NCBI GenBank assembly: GCA_052426225.1
Contig: JBNJNM010000023.1
Coordinates: forward strand, 434,001 to 498,000
Reading direction: 5' to 3'
Source: Zancudomyces culisetae HAW-14-8
Lineage: Eukaryota > Fungi > Kickxellomycota
DNA: 64,000 bases
Shown here: in pieces, positions 25,126 through 35,900 of the stretch
Layout: each line of letters opens with the position of its first letter
Position numbering within the stretch: position 1 is the stretch's first letter
Notes under the pieces: generated by a model
Told to the model about the DNA's origin: nothing
Seen by the model: the letters and a program-made list of their open reading frames with translations, nothing else
The model's database searches: none
Program-made: the position numbers and the translations under genes

Positions 25126-26674
25126 ATGGGACAAACACTATCAGATCCAATCGTAGAAAAAAACACCAGTTCTGGAGGAGATGCAGACACTATATATGGA
25201 GCCTCTTCGATGCAGGGTTGGAGAAATAGTATGGAAATAACCTCTTTATTAATGTATTTACGATAATCTAAAAGTTTTTTTTAAAGCTCAGATTAATATA
25301 AAGTAAGGTTAGGAGAGTGAAAAAAAAACACAATTAAAATGATGATAAATGAAAATAGCAATGGAGGATGCTCACACAACTTTATTAAAGATTGATGAAA
25401 AGACAAACATAGCCTTCTATGCAGTATTTGATGGACATGGTGGTAAGTTGATATTTGGGGTTTTATTTTTTGGATTGAAATTGCAAAACGAGAAATAACA
25501 TTTTTGCAAGGAAGCAAAATAATAAAAGCGAAAATGAATAAATGAAATAGGAGTGACAGCAGCCAAAACGGCACAGGAAATTCTACATAAACGAGTACTA
25601 GAAAGTGAAAAGTTTAAGAGTGGCGAATATGAAGAGGCACTCAAGGAAGGGTTTATGAAGGCAGATGCCGAAATCATCCAGACTACAGAGCGTGTTTTTG
25701 ACCCTTCGGGATGCGCAGCTGTGTGTGTGATGATTTTACCAGATGGAACTGTATATTGCGTAAGTAAGCAAACTAAAATATTGAACGAACAAGTGGACTA
25801 ATCAAGAGATAATAAATAGGCAAATGCGGGAGATTCAAGAGCAGTGTTGAGCACAGCTGGTGGAGTAGTGGATCTTTCACATGACCACAAGCCAACCAAC
25901 GCTGAGGAGTACCAGCGAATCAATGCAGGAGGAGGATTCGTCGAGTATGGACGTGTCAATGGCAACCTGGCGCTTTCACGGGCGTTGGGAGACTTTGAGT
26001 TCAAGGGAAATCCCAAGCTGGAGGCCAAAGATCAAGTTGTTACAGCATATCCCGAAGTAATTGTCCACAATGAAGACAGCAGCAAGCCTTCTGAGTTTAT
26101 TGTGTTGGCGTGTGACGGTATTTGGGACTGTATGACCAACGGCCAAGTTGTTGAGTTTGTTCGCAGACATATTGCTCTTGGTTTGAAGCTTGAAAGCATT
26201 TGTGAGTCTCTGATGATGAGCTGTTTGGCTACCGAAAACGAGCTCACTGGCATTGGCTGCGACAACATGAGTGTTGTTTTGATTGGTATTTTGCACGGAA
26301 AAACTGTTGAACAGTGGTACGACCACATCAAGGCTGATTACATTGCTGCTCACGGCGTCCCTGAGCCTCTTGGTTCTGACCAAAAACTCGAACACGCTGA
26401 ATACGTTGAGCAGATTGAAGAAGTATCGTCATCTATCTCTGCCTCTGGTGAAGCAACCATCTCTACTACCTCCACTACAACTGCTATGTCAGTTGACACG
26501 GAATCTGATCCTGAGTCTGCTTCCGATGCGAAGAAAGCTGATTTGCCAGCTACCCAGAATATTGCCGCTGATTCAGAAGCCGAGGCAGCCAATAGTGCTC
26601 CACCAAAACTATCGCAATCTGGTGAATCTGATTCTAATAGCAGTAATCCTGACAGCAAAACTGAAAATCAATAA
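25126..26674 (+). CDS. PTC2: Protein phosphatase 2C, Ptc2/Ptc3 type; exons 25126-25228, 25359-25442, 25551-25759, 25820-26674
   Basis: MGQTLSDP (N-myristoylation-type start), 'SMQGWR.TMEDAH', 'VFDGHGG', 'ANAGDSR', 'DHKP', 'RVNGNLALSRALGDFEFK', 'LACDGIWD', 'GIGCDNM', and an acidic/Ser-rich tail. Confidence 0.95.
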
Positions 26675-27406
26675 ACGGCTGTTGGTTTTAGATGGTCAAT
26701 AATATCTGGATGGGATGATATTCAGGTTTGAAGCAATGTACTGGTTGGGACGAGGATTTTTAACAGTAAATTGAAGTGTGAGATTTGGATGTGATGGGGG
26801 AAGTGGGAGGCGATGGTTTCCTTTTTGTTTTCATTTTTATATAATCAATACAATACAATTCAGTATAATACAATTAATTCTTTTCTTTTTATCAAAACCC
26901 TGAATTAGCTAAGGATATAATATGCTTTTATTTCATTTTTATAATATAATCTTGTGCTATAAATCATACATAAAAGACAGGGTCAAAAACCAAGGTACAC
27001 AATTACATTATAGCATCCATAATATTTATTGGAAAGATGACTTTCCAAGTTTACAGCGATAGTGAGATACAAAATATCCCTTGGTTTAAAAAACACAAGA
27101 AAAATCAAAAAAAATTTTTTTTTAATCTGCTGTTGGTTTGATTTTGGTGGGCAATTTTGCAAATGACCAGGAAAAAAGATTGGAAAATAGAAGGGTGAAA
27201 TAGCAGGGGAGGAGGGGGAAGTTGGGGGGGGGGTATTGGTGAAGGATAGTAAAAACCAATAGATACTAAAAGCAAACAAGCTTAGTTTGAATTAACAAAT
27301 TAGAGTGAATATATACACACTGTTGGATTCAACAATTGTAAAAACACTACTATTCTTACAAATTCACACAACTTGCAAACGCAAAAAGAAGAAGAAAGAA
27401 ATAATA

Positions 27407-27682
27407 ATGGCAGATAGTGGTAGTGAGATTGCAGGGCAGGAATCGGTAATGGATATCCGGGTACCGAAGGGAAGAATCTCGCGGTTGTGTTGGCAGACAT
27501 ATTTGGAGTACAATCGGTGTAAAACATACCACCTCCGAGAACAGGCACAAAAGAGAAACAACAGCAGTGATGAAGTTGATATGAGTGCCTGTGAACAATT
27601 CAACAAGATGTTTCGTGCGTATTGTCCCAAGAACTGGGTTGCCGAGTATGACGAATATTTATCGGTTAATCAACAAGATTAA
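27407..27682 (+). CDS. Cytochrome c oxidase subunit 6B (Cox12)/Coa6-family twin-Cys protein, divergent
   Basis: CWQTYLEYNRC (Cx9C) ... CEQFNKMFRAYCPKNWVAEYDE (Cx10C, W-V) matches the COX6B pattern. ATG at 27407. Confidence 0.75.
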   Translation: MADSGSEIAGQESVMDIRVPKGRISRLCWQTYLEYNRCKTYHLREQAQKRNNSSDEVDMSACEQFNKMFRAYCPKNWVAEYDEYLSVNQQD

Positions 27683-27985
27683 AAGAATGAAAAACTAGAT
27701 ATAAATATATTATTATATATTATTATATAAAGAGAGAGAGGTGAAGGGAGGGTAATATCGAGAGGGACATGTTGTTTATAGAATAGGATAGAATAGAATA
27801 GAATGGATATAATTATAGAAATAATAATACTGGTTAATAAAAAAAAAAGTCATAAAGGAAGAGAGAGAAAGAAAAAAAGAGTGAGAAGGAAACAGAGAGG
27901 AGAGATATATACTAAAAGGTACAAAGATACACGTAAAAACTGAAATAATAAAAAAAGAAAAAAGAAAAAAAAAGAGGGGAAGGAA

Positions 27986-30900
27986 TCAAGGTAGAATAAA
28001 TTCCAAGATACAATATGACGATTGGGTTTGTTGCAATTGTAATATCTGTTGGAATTGTTGATCAATATCAGAATTTCTAACCTGTCGATTTTCATGCAAA
28101 AGATGTTGTTGTTGGTGTTGGTATTGATATGGATATTGATATTGTAATTGTTGTTGATATTGGTATGGAAGTTGGTAAGGGCTTTGAGGTTGAGGTTGAG
28201 ATTGATACTGGTACTGGCATGGGTGTTGTAAGTGGGCTTGTGAACCAGGTGATAGTTGTACAAGTCCTCTAGAACCACAAAGCAATGTACCAAGGTGTTG
28301 TACGGGTACACCGATATACAATGTCTGGTCATTATTGGCTGTCCCATTTGAATTTCCAGCTCCAGTTCCACTTCTATTTCTATTTCCAGCTCCATTTTCA
28401 CCACCGCCGGGACTACTGGCGAAATAATCATTGTTGACTCGATCTGTAAATGCATGTGGATTGGTAGAACTGCTGATAATACTGTTGCAGCTGCTGCTAT
28501 TCGCTGACAAATCCACAATCCCTGGAATTTTTATTACCTGGATCAATTTCCCGCTATTTACATTGAAAATCTCGAGGTATTTGGGTCCAAAACTGACAAT
28601 AAACGGATACACAAACGCAAACGAAGTTGGAGAATTTGTAAACCGCAGAATCGGATAGTACGAATGGTGATAGCTACTATCCTCCCTTTCTCCCTCCTTA
28701 TTTTTCCCCTTTTCCCCGTTCTTGCTACTTTTACCACCACTGCTACTGTTACCACTAATATTTCCATATCCATTTTGTTTTGAAGATTGTAAAGGATACA
28801 TAGTGTTTTTATGCACCGTACTTTTGTTCAATAAATTTCCCATTCGATCAATATAAAATGCAATCGAATCATAACACAATAAAAACACTTTTTTTACTTT
28901 GAATATTGCAATGGGTGTCTTTAGAGGCAAATCACGCGATAGATCAAGAACCCAGCGATGGCCATTTCGGTTAGTTACAATGCCGCCATAACCAGTATCG
29001 ATATTACCAGGGTTGTGGATTTTTCCATGACTAAGAGGGCTGGTAATGTTATTGTTGATATTGGAGTTGGAGTTGGAGTTTGAGTTGGAGGAAGACTGAG
29101 TAGAGGATGACAGGTTTGGTAGAGACATTGTGATTACGCGATTATTCAGGTCAACGACATCAAAGGAAGAGGCATTGGCAATACACAATTTTTTGCTGAA
29201 AAAGTAGATGTTTGAAGATCTACCAGGAATACAGAAATCGTAGAGTACATTGAGGGCAAAAGGATAGTTTTGATAGACAAAGTTAGGAGAGTTGCGGTAA
29301 TTGTAGTGCCGTTCGACAGACAAATCAACAGGCAAGAGGCATTTGTAGTAGCTGTGTTGGGATTTGTATTTGACAAGAACGATTAGAGGAACAGGATTTG
29401 AAGAACTGTAGGAACCTATGGCAAAGTAAGAGATTGAACTAGCAAGTTTTGTTCCTCGCATAGTCATAGGGCTGTTATTGTTATTGTTGTTGTTGTTGTT
29501 GTTGTTTGAAGATGATTTTGAAAGTGAAAGAGAAAATGAAGAGGTTTGTTGAATGTAATAAGATTCCAATTCGTTTAATGGACAAATAACTAAATTTCCG
29601 CCTTCAAACAACACAAAAACCATATTGTAACTCTCGAGTACCTTGATGTTACTTGTATTATTAAATGAATAGACCTTTTTAAATGTTGTTGGTTTGTTTT
29701 GTTGACCCATATAAACACCATGTTCTTTGGTCCCCAGCAGAATTATCTTTGTTTTGTCCATATAATAAGTAGCCATACATGTTGGAATCATTCCTCCTCC
29801 AACACCACTTCCGGACATTAACTTGTTTCCCAAATTACTATTTACAGTTGTTCCTGTTGCAGAACTGAAAATACTACTTGCAAATGTCGTCGGTGTCGTC
29901 GGTGTTGTTGATAGTGTTGTTGATAGTGAAGTTGATAGTGATGTTGTTGTTGTTGTTGTTGTTGACTCTGGCGAGATACCAAGAGCTATTTGTAACTTGT
30001 AGTTGATGGGTAGTGAATATGATAATGCTGAAACTTGCTTATTTATCGCATCAATCCATTCATCTCTCAGCTTAAGTTTGCCCTTGATATATAACGTGAT
30101 GGTCCAATTGGTACTGATATCTGTAAATGTAATTGGATAGTCACCACTGACATCCAAATCCTTATCATTGCTGTTGGTATTATTATCGGAATTGAACATA
30201 GACACAGATTCGGAATATCCATTATCATTTCCAAAGATAGCGTTATTACTAGTAGTCGTGGTTGGCGTGTTGTTATTGATGTTTTCATTGCTATTAGTTG
30301 CCGAACTCTTGTTTCCACTAACCAATAAATACAATAAATTGATTGGTCCCTTTTGTACATGATATTCATACACTCCTCTTACATTAGTCACCCGTTTTTT
30401 GTTGGTAAAAATCAAGCCATTGTCAAACAAGAAAACCTGCATGTTGCTAACTCCATCTGCTCGGTACATTGTTTCTTCCTTCAAAATCCGCCGGCTTCGA
30501 TTATCTATATCCAGTGACTCTGCCTCTTCATTAGTCATTCGGATTTGTGACTTGAGCCGCATCATTCGTAGACTATCCGCTTGTAATCCGTTCAGTTCAT
30601 TGATTTTTCCTAGTGCTTCTTTAACGCGTTCTTTGGCTGTAACTAATTTTGCTTTTTCATCTTCAAATATTTCCTTTTCATTTTCCCGCTCCTTTTCATC
30701 TTCCATTTCATCTATTTCTTTGTAATTGTTTTTATCTTCAAAAGCTAACGTTTCGGGCACTCGTTTAATAATTGCCTCGAGTAACAATGGATATCTCGCA
30801 AACCGTGCTGTAATCCGTCCCAAAAATGATTGAATTGGCAATTTTCGTGACAATTCATCGTTTTCTGCTTCGTTTATCAACTGAACAAACTTTTTGTTGT

Positions 30901-32992
30901 TGATTAACTCCATTTCCAATATCACTTGTGCTCGTTGTACATTAATTGAATAGTCAATAAATGGCTGTAGCTTTTCGCTCCACTCTAAAAATATATCTCC
31001 AATATTCTTGACCAATGGTAAATCTGCTCCCTTGCTTTTTTGCGTTTCCTCTTGTAGGCCAATATCTAGATCTCCAATATCCAGCAGCATTTGTCTTTTG
31101 CCGGTCGACATTTCTTTTTCCATTCGGGTATTTACTCTTACATACGCTTCTTGTTGTCGTTTAACTAGCTTGTCTGCTAATTGTTCGCTTACTTCAAGCA
31201 CTTGTCTGTAGTTAAAAAACAACTCGTATATAAACCTTCTAATCCGATCTCGTCCTACAATTTCTACATTTTCTGGCTTGTACATTCGTTTTTCATATAT
31301 ATCTTCTATCAGTTTGACATCCCGAATGTAGTCCAGCTCCGTATTGATGATTTCAAAAATACTCTCCTGCCACCCAATGTATTCCTTTGGACATTTCTGT
31401 CTCTGCTGCTCTGTTAATGTGTATATCCAAAGTCGTGCTTGTCCTCCTATCACTCTTCCCACTTTACTTATACCTAACACATGTTCTCGACTTGGACTAG
31501 GTGTATCACTTTCATACTCTCGTCTTATTCCCCCAAACCCTAAATCTTCTGTATTTCCAGCAATGCTGTTAATGCCTATTCCCGAACCTCCCATAAATCC
31601 TGCTGATTTAACACTAGCGCTTGATGACTTGGTTCCATCATCTCCTCTGTTACCACTACCCAAAAACATTCTTATCGCTGATCCTGCTGGTGATCTACCT
31701 TCTCCTACACTATTCGAGTGTTTTTTCGTTCCCCTTTTGCCCCCTTTCCCATACATACTTGCATCTGGGCTTTCACTTTCGCTCATACTCATACCGCCAT
31801 TTTTACTATGTCTTTCGCCTACTGCCCATTTGCTTGTAGCTTTTCCTTTTCCTCTTTCTTTTTCTCTCTTTGTATCTGCAACCCCAGCTAGTCCAGAATC
31901 TGTCAATACGTATATTTCTTGTTCATTATCAATTATTCCCGTTTCCATTTCTGTTTTTCCACTTCCACTACCACTACTATTGCTAATGTTATTATTAATT
32001 TTGTTGTTGCTATCGCTTTTGAGCAATACACGCTTGTAGATTCCTGCTTCATCCAGTTTTTTGACTACTTGTTGCCCCATAATTCTTCCTGGAAACTTGA
32101 ACTGTTCCATAATCACATCCACTGCATGTTTACCGCTAAAACTATTTGTATATTTTTGCCCCTTATATTCATGTTCGCCAAGAACCAACTTGCTAAGAAA
32201 TGCCTGTTTGATGCCCTCTATAGGTGACTCCAATTTATTAGCACCCACCTCTTGCTGTTTCTTTGTTCTCCATATACCTTTAGAAACTCCTTTCTGACTA
32301 TTAGAATTACCACCACCATTGTTACTGTTACTGTTACTATTGCTGCTGCCGTTGCTCCCTCCACTACTATTACCGAGTCTAATACTAGCATCATCATTAC
32401 TGTCACCAAAACTAACGCTAGAAATACGATATCCTTTTAACTTTGCTGATTCAGACAACCCTCTACCTGTCACTACCGACGATGTTCCACCAGCTTTCAC
32501 AATGCTTCCGCTAATACTATTTCTGCCACTACTGCTAACGCTACAATTACCTCCGTCATCTCTTATCTCCCGGCTATTCTGGTTTTTCTCTTTTTCCTTT
32601 CCATATCCAAATAGTGCATAGTCTCCATATTTTTTCATCAGCCTACCGCTTTTGAAGCTCCCAAATAGATCCTTTCGTCTACCTTCGTCTAAACTTATTC
32701 GTGGTGCATATTTTGGCGAATCGCTTGTACCCCCTTCTACATTTACCGTGCTGTTGCTGCCCCTTGTATGATTATCATCACCACAGTTATTATTTTTGCT
32801 GTTGCTGTTGCTGTTGCTATTATTAGAAATATCACTACCTCCAGAAGGTACACTACACTCCCCCTTAACGCGGTTGTTGTCATGCTCGTTTCCTCCTCCA
32901 GACATATTGCTATAAGTACTATTTAGGGTGATTGATGATTTACGTGAAAGGTCAGCCATTTTATCTTGTAGCATTTCAAATCTTATAACCAT
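27986..32992 (-). CDS. ROM2: Rho1 guanine-nucleotide exchange factor, Rom1/Rom2 (Rgf) type: DEP-DH-PH-CNH
   Basis: DEP 'YTNSFSGKHAVD', DH 'QESIFEIINTELDYIRD...IGDIFL...SRKLPIQSFLGRITARFARYPLLLEAI', PH 'QVFLFDNGLIF', CNH 'FLLCYD..AFYID..G' and 'P.SFAFVYPFIVSF...YLEI'. Many Asn/Ser/Gly/Thr low-complexity inserts. Confidence 0.9.
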   Translation of the reverse strand: MVIRFEMLQDKMADLSRKSSITLNSTYSNMSGGGNEHDNNRVKGECSVPSGGSDISNNSNSNSNSKNNNCGDDNHTRGSNSTVNVEGGTSDSPKYAPRISLDEGRRKDLFGSFKSGRLMKKYGDYALFGYGKEKEKNQNSREIRDDGGNCSVSSSGRNSISGSIVKAGGTSSVVTGRGLSESAKLKGYRISSVSFGDSNDDASIRLGNSSGGSNGSSNSNSNSNNGGGNSNSQKGVSKGIWRTKKQQEVGANKLESPIEGIKQAFLSKLVLGEHEYKGQKYTNSFSGKHAVDVIMEQFKFPGRIMGQQVVKKLDEAGIYKRVLLKSDSNNKINNNISNSSGSGSGKTEMETGIIDNEQEIYVLTDSGLAGVADTKREKERGKGKATSKWAVGERHSKNGGMSMSESESPDASMYGKGGKRGTKKHSNSVGEGRSPAGSAIRMFLGSGNRGDDGTKSSSASVKSAGFMGGSGIGINSIAGNTEDLGFGGIRREYESDTPSPSREHVLGISKVGRVIGGQARLWIYTLTEQQRQKCPKEYIGWQESIFEIINTELDYIRDVKLIEDIYEKRMYKPENVEIVGRDRIRRFIYELFFNYRQVLEVSEQLADKLVKRQQEAYVRVNTRMEKEMSTGKRQMLLDIGDLDIGLQEETQKSKGADLPLVKNIGDIFLEWSEKLQPFIDYSINVQRAQVILEMELINNKKFVQLINEAENDELSRKLPIQSFLGRITARFARYPLLLEAIIKRVPETLAFEDKNNYKEIDEMEDEKERENEKEIFEDEKAKLVTAKERVKEALGKINELNGLQADSLRMMRLKSQIRMTNEEAESLDIDNRSRRILKEETMYRADGVSNMQVFLFDNGLIFTNKKRVTNVRGVYEYHVQKGPINLLYLLVSGNKSSATNSNENINNNTPTTTTSNNAIFGNDNGYSESVSMFNSDNNTNSNDKDLDVSGDYPITFTDISTNWTITLYIKGKLKLRDEWIDAINKQVSALSYSLPINYKLQIALGISPESTTTTTTTSLSTSLSTTLSTTPTTPTTFASSIFSSATGTTVNSNLGNKLMSGSGVGGGMIPTCMATYYMDKTKIILLGTKEHGVYMGQQNKPTTFKKVYSFNNTSNIKVLESYNMVFVLFEGGNLVICPLNELESYYIQQTSSFSLSLSKSSSNNNNNNNNNNNSPMTMRGTKLASSISYFAIGSYSSSNPVPLIVLVKYKSQHSYYKCLLPVDLSVERHYNYRNSPNFVYQNYPFALNVLYDFCIPGRSSNIYFFSKKLCIANASSFDVVDLNNRVITMSLPNLSSSTQSSSNSNSNSNSNINNNITSPLSHGKIHNPGNIDTGYGGIVTNRNGHRWVLDLSRDLPLKTPIAIFKVKKVFLLCYDSIAFYIDRMGNLLNKSTVHKNTMYPLQSSKQNGYGNISGNSSSGGKSSKNGEKGKNKEGEREDSSYHHSYYPILRFTNSPTSFAFVYPFIVSFGPKYLEIFNVNSGKLIQVIKIPGIVDLSANSSSCNSIISSSTNPHAFTDRVNNDYFASSPGGGENGAGNRNRSGTGAGNSNGTANNDQTLYIGVPVQHLGTLLCGSRGLVQLSPGSQAHLQHPCQYQYQSQPQPQSPYQLPYQYQQQLQYQYPYQYQHQQQHLLHENRQVRNSDIDQQFQQILQLQQTQSSYCILEFILP

Positions 32993-35900
32993 TTTATATG
33001 AACCAGGCCCGTCCTCTGTTTGTACTTTATACCTTTTACAATTTTTTTAAACCCTAATTCACTCCTTGGTATCTCGTATATAAATATATATTTCCTATTC
33101 GTTTTTAAACTGGTCTATATCCCTGTACTTTTACTTTGCAATTTTTAAGACCGTCCCATTTCAGGAATTCCTATTCTATTACTATTACTATTACTGTTAC
33201 TATTTTCTCCTTTATCCTGTTTTATTTTCCCTCCTTGACCTATACTTTTTATCTTTTACTTTGCAATTGGTTGTACCCTGTTATTTGTAAATGACCTTAG
33301 AGCCTCGCCTTTTTTTTCTCTAAACTTAAGTTCAAGCTTTGCTAAATAGCCGATTAAAAAAAAATCATACAAAACACCAACGCTTGTTAGTATCTTGCCC
33401 TCTTACTTTTATAAGATAATAGTGTGTTTATATGCACTTTAATGTATAAGCATGTAAAGCTAAGAATACAAACTAAATTCATGTGTAGCCAACATCCACG
33501 TATCAAAGTCAAGTGTTGTATGTAAATGTGCAATATTAATGCTAGTGCTTCTTTTTCTTTTTTTTCGCTATTTCTTTAAATAGTAATACACAGATAGGGA
33601 AAGGAAGTTGAGAGGAAAGGGATGGGGACACCAATATAAATTCGCACTTGTAATTGGGTTTTGTAATGGATATTATTGCTGCCAAAACTTTATTTTTCTT
33701 TCGCAGATAGCATCAATACCTGAAAATAACCAAACCTTGCGCATTTGTTTATAATTATGTAACTATTGAACTTACATTTTAAATTGCAATTGATTTCAGT
33801 CAATTATTTTCATTGGCAACAACAATTCATCAGATTTTACATTAAACTTTAGTAATTTGTAGTGTGATTAATAATAGCGCCATTCCGCAATTTAATTTCT
33901 TTCATTGCTCGTTGCACAAAACTCAATTCGCATCAAAACCCATTTTTCATGCCCACCCACCTTTCCACTCCTCTGCTTTTACTTTCTGCCAACCGTTCAT
34001 TGTTTAGGTTGGGTATATTTCTTTTTTTTTTCTTGGTTTTCTTCATAGATATCACTTTGGAACATCTTATTGAGTGTTTCATTGTAAACTGATTATAAAT
34101 TGATGGTTGCAAAAACAACGTTACCAAATGGTATATTCAATTAATAAAATCAGAGCATTTTTTTTTTTGGGAAATTTATTGCACTTTCTGTGTTGCTATT
34201 TCGATATAATTCTATAATGCAATTTGAACCGCTATACACCTGTACTTTTTTGGCTTTATTAATATTTTCGATAGTTTCCAAAAATCCTTGCAAATTTTTT
34301 GCTTTTTCAATTCGTTTTTCTTTCCTTTTTTTTGTTCCTAGTTGATTGCATTGATTTTATTTATTCGTACTTGATTTTGAAGCGCTTATGATCCGGTTTC
34401 TGGTTTGCTAATTAAATGGGAAACTGCAAATTAAGTCTCTCTGTTACTTTATAAATTATTACAATCCAATAGACATGATTCTTGGAAATCGAACTTCTTA
34501 CAAATTATCGCTAATGGATTCGTTTAATTTCATACTCTTTCCTTCTTTATCTTTCTTTTATTGCAAACTAATCGGAGTTTAAATATATCACTTCCTCTTT
34601 GCTTCAAAGGCATTAATCAATATATTAAACCTGCTTATATCACCTTTTTCCTTTTTGGTATGCTCATCCACTTTAAACAACGCTAATACAATTGCGCTCA
34701 TGAATACATTTACCCCTATTTTATTTTATTTTTTCAATAATTATTTAATTAGCCCATAAAAGGCAAAGTTAGTAAAAAAATTTCCCCTTTTCTTTTCGCT
34801 CCTTCAGCCTCCTCCTCCTCCCCTCTCTACTCCTCCTTCATAAACCTTCCTCTATTTTTTTTTCTAATTTATATCGCGCTTTCAAGCCATCGCTTCCAAC
34901 GAAGCATTTTGTTACTTGTCTTTTCAAAGTTACACTTTGTAACACTCCAAACCCATCCTTTTTCATAAAAAAAAGCTCTACTCAAATAGTCTATTCTGAT
35001 ATCAGCCTATATTTTCTGTGATGTTCTATAGACTTTTCAATAATTTCTAAAAACAATTGTGCCAGCTTTATCAATTTTTTTTTCATTCTATCTTTTAGTT
35101 CCTTGTGTCACAATAAACTATCTAAAAATCGTAGTTTATGCTTTTAACCAAGCAAAGTGGTTGGCAAAAAGGCCTGATTTTGTTACCTTGCCTTTATCTT
35201 TTTTGTACCATTAACATAAAATATAGTACACGAGTCTAAAAAATAAACATGCAAATAGAAAACGCTATACTTTCTAGGTTCACACCAATGATTATAATGT
35301 GTTGAGCATGATCTCGCCTCTAGGCTTTTTACCTTTATCCTCTCTTTTTTTCATCTCTTTCTTTGCGCTGGTTTTAGTTCATTGTTTACACATGGCCATC
35401 TACACCAATTGACACGCGCGAATAACCTTGCTTTTGCTGCTAGATTTTATTTACTTTTTGCGTTTCCACTTGCCTCTAGCTGCGCAAATAACAAACACCC
35501 CGTTTTTGGTTACTTTTGATCGAGGCACTTTTTTATCTTTATACATTTAATATGCTCTATGCTGAAACTCCGAGCTCACACAAACTCCACTACTTTATTA
35601 GCTTGTTGGCCGCAGCCACTCTACACCAGAAAAGTTATTTTAGAACCACTATTTCAGTCTAATAAACATCAGCAAAAAAAACAAAATCTGTCACCCCCAT
35701 CTTTATCTCCCTTCTGCTGTGCCATCATCTCATGTTATAAAATCCACAATTACATGCTATTTCTGTGTGCGTAAACACTTTTTAATTGCTCATTAAGAAC
35801 GCGCGCAGTACATACAGTCAAGTTTCATAAAAACCACCCGTGAAACGTCTTTCTAATCGCCAATGCTTCACACATCGTTTAGGTCAACTATTTCCATCTT

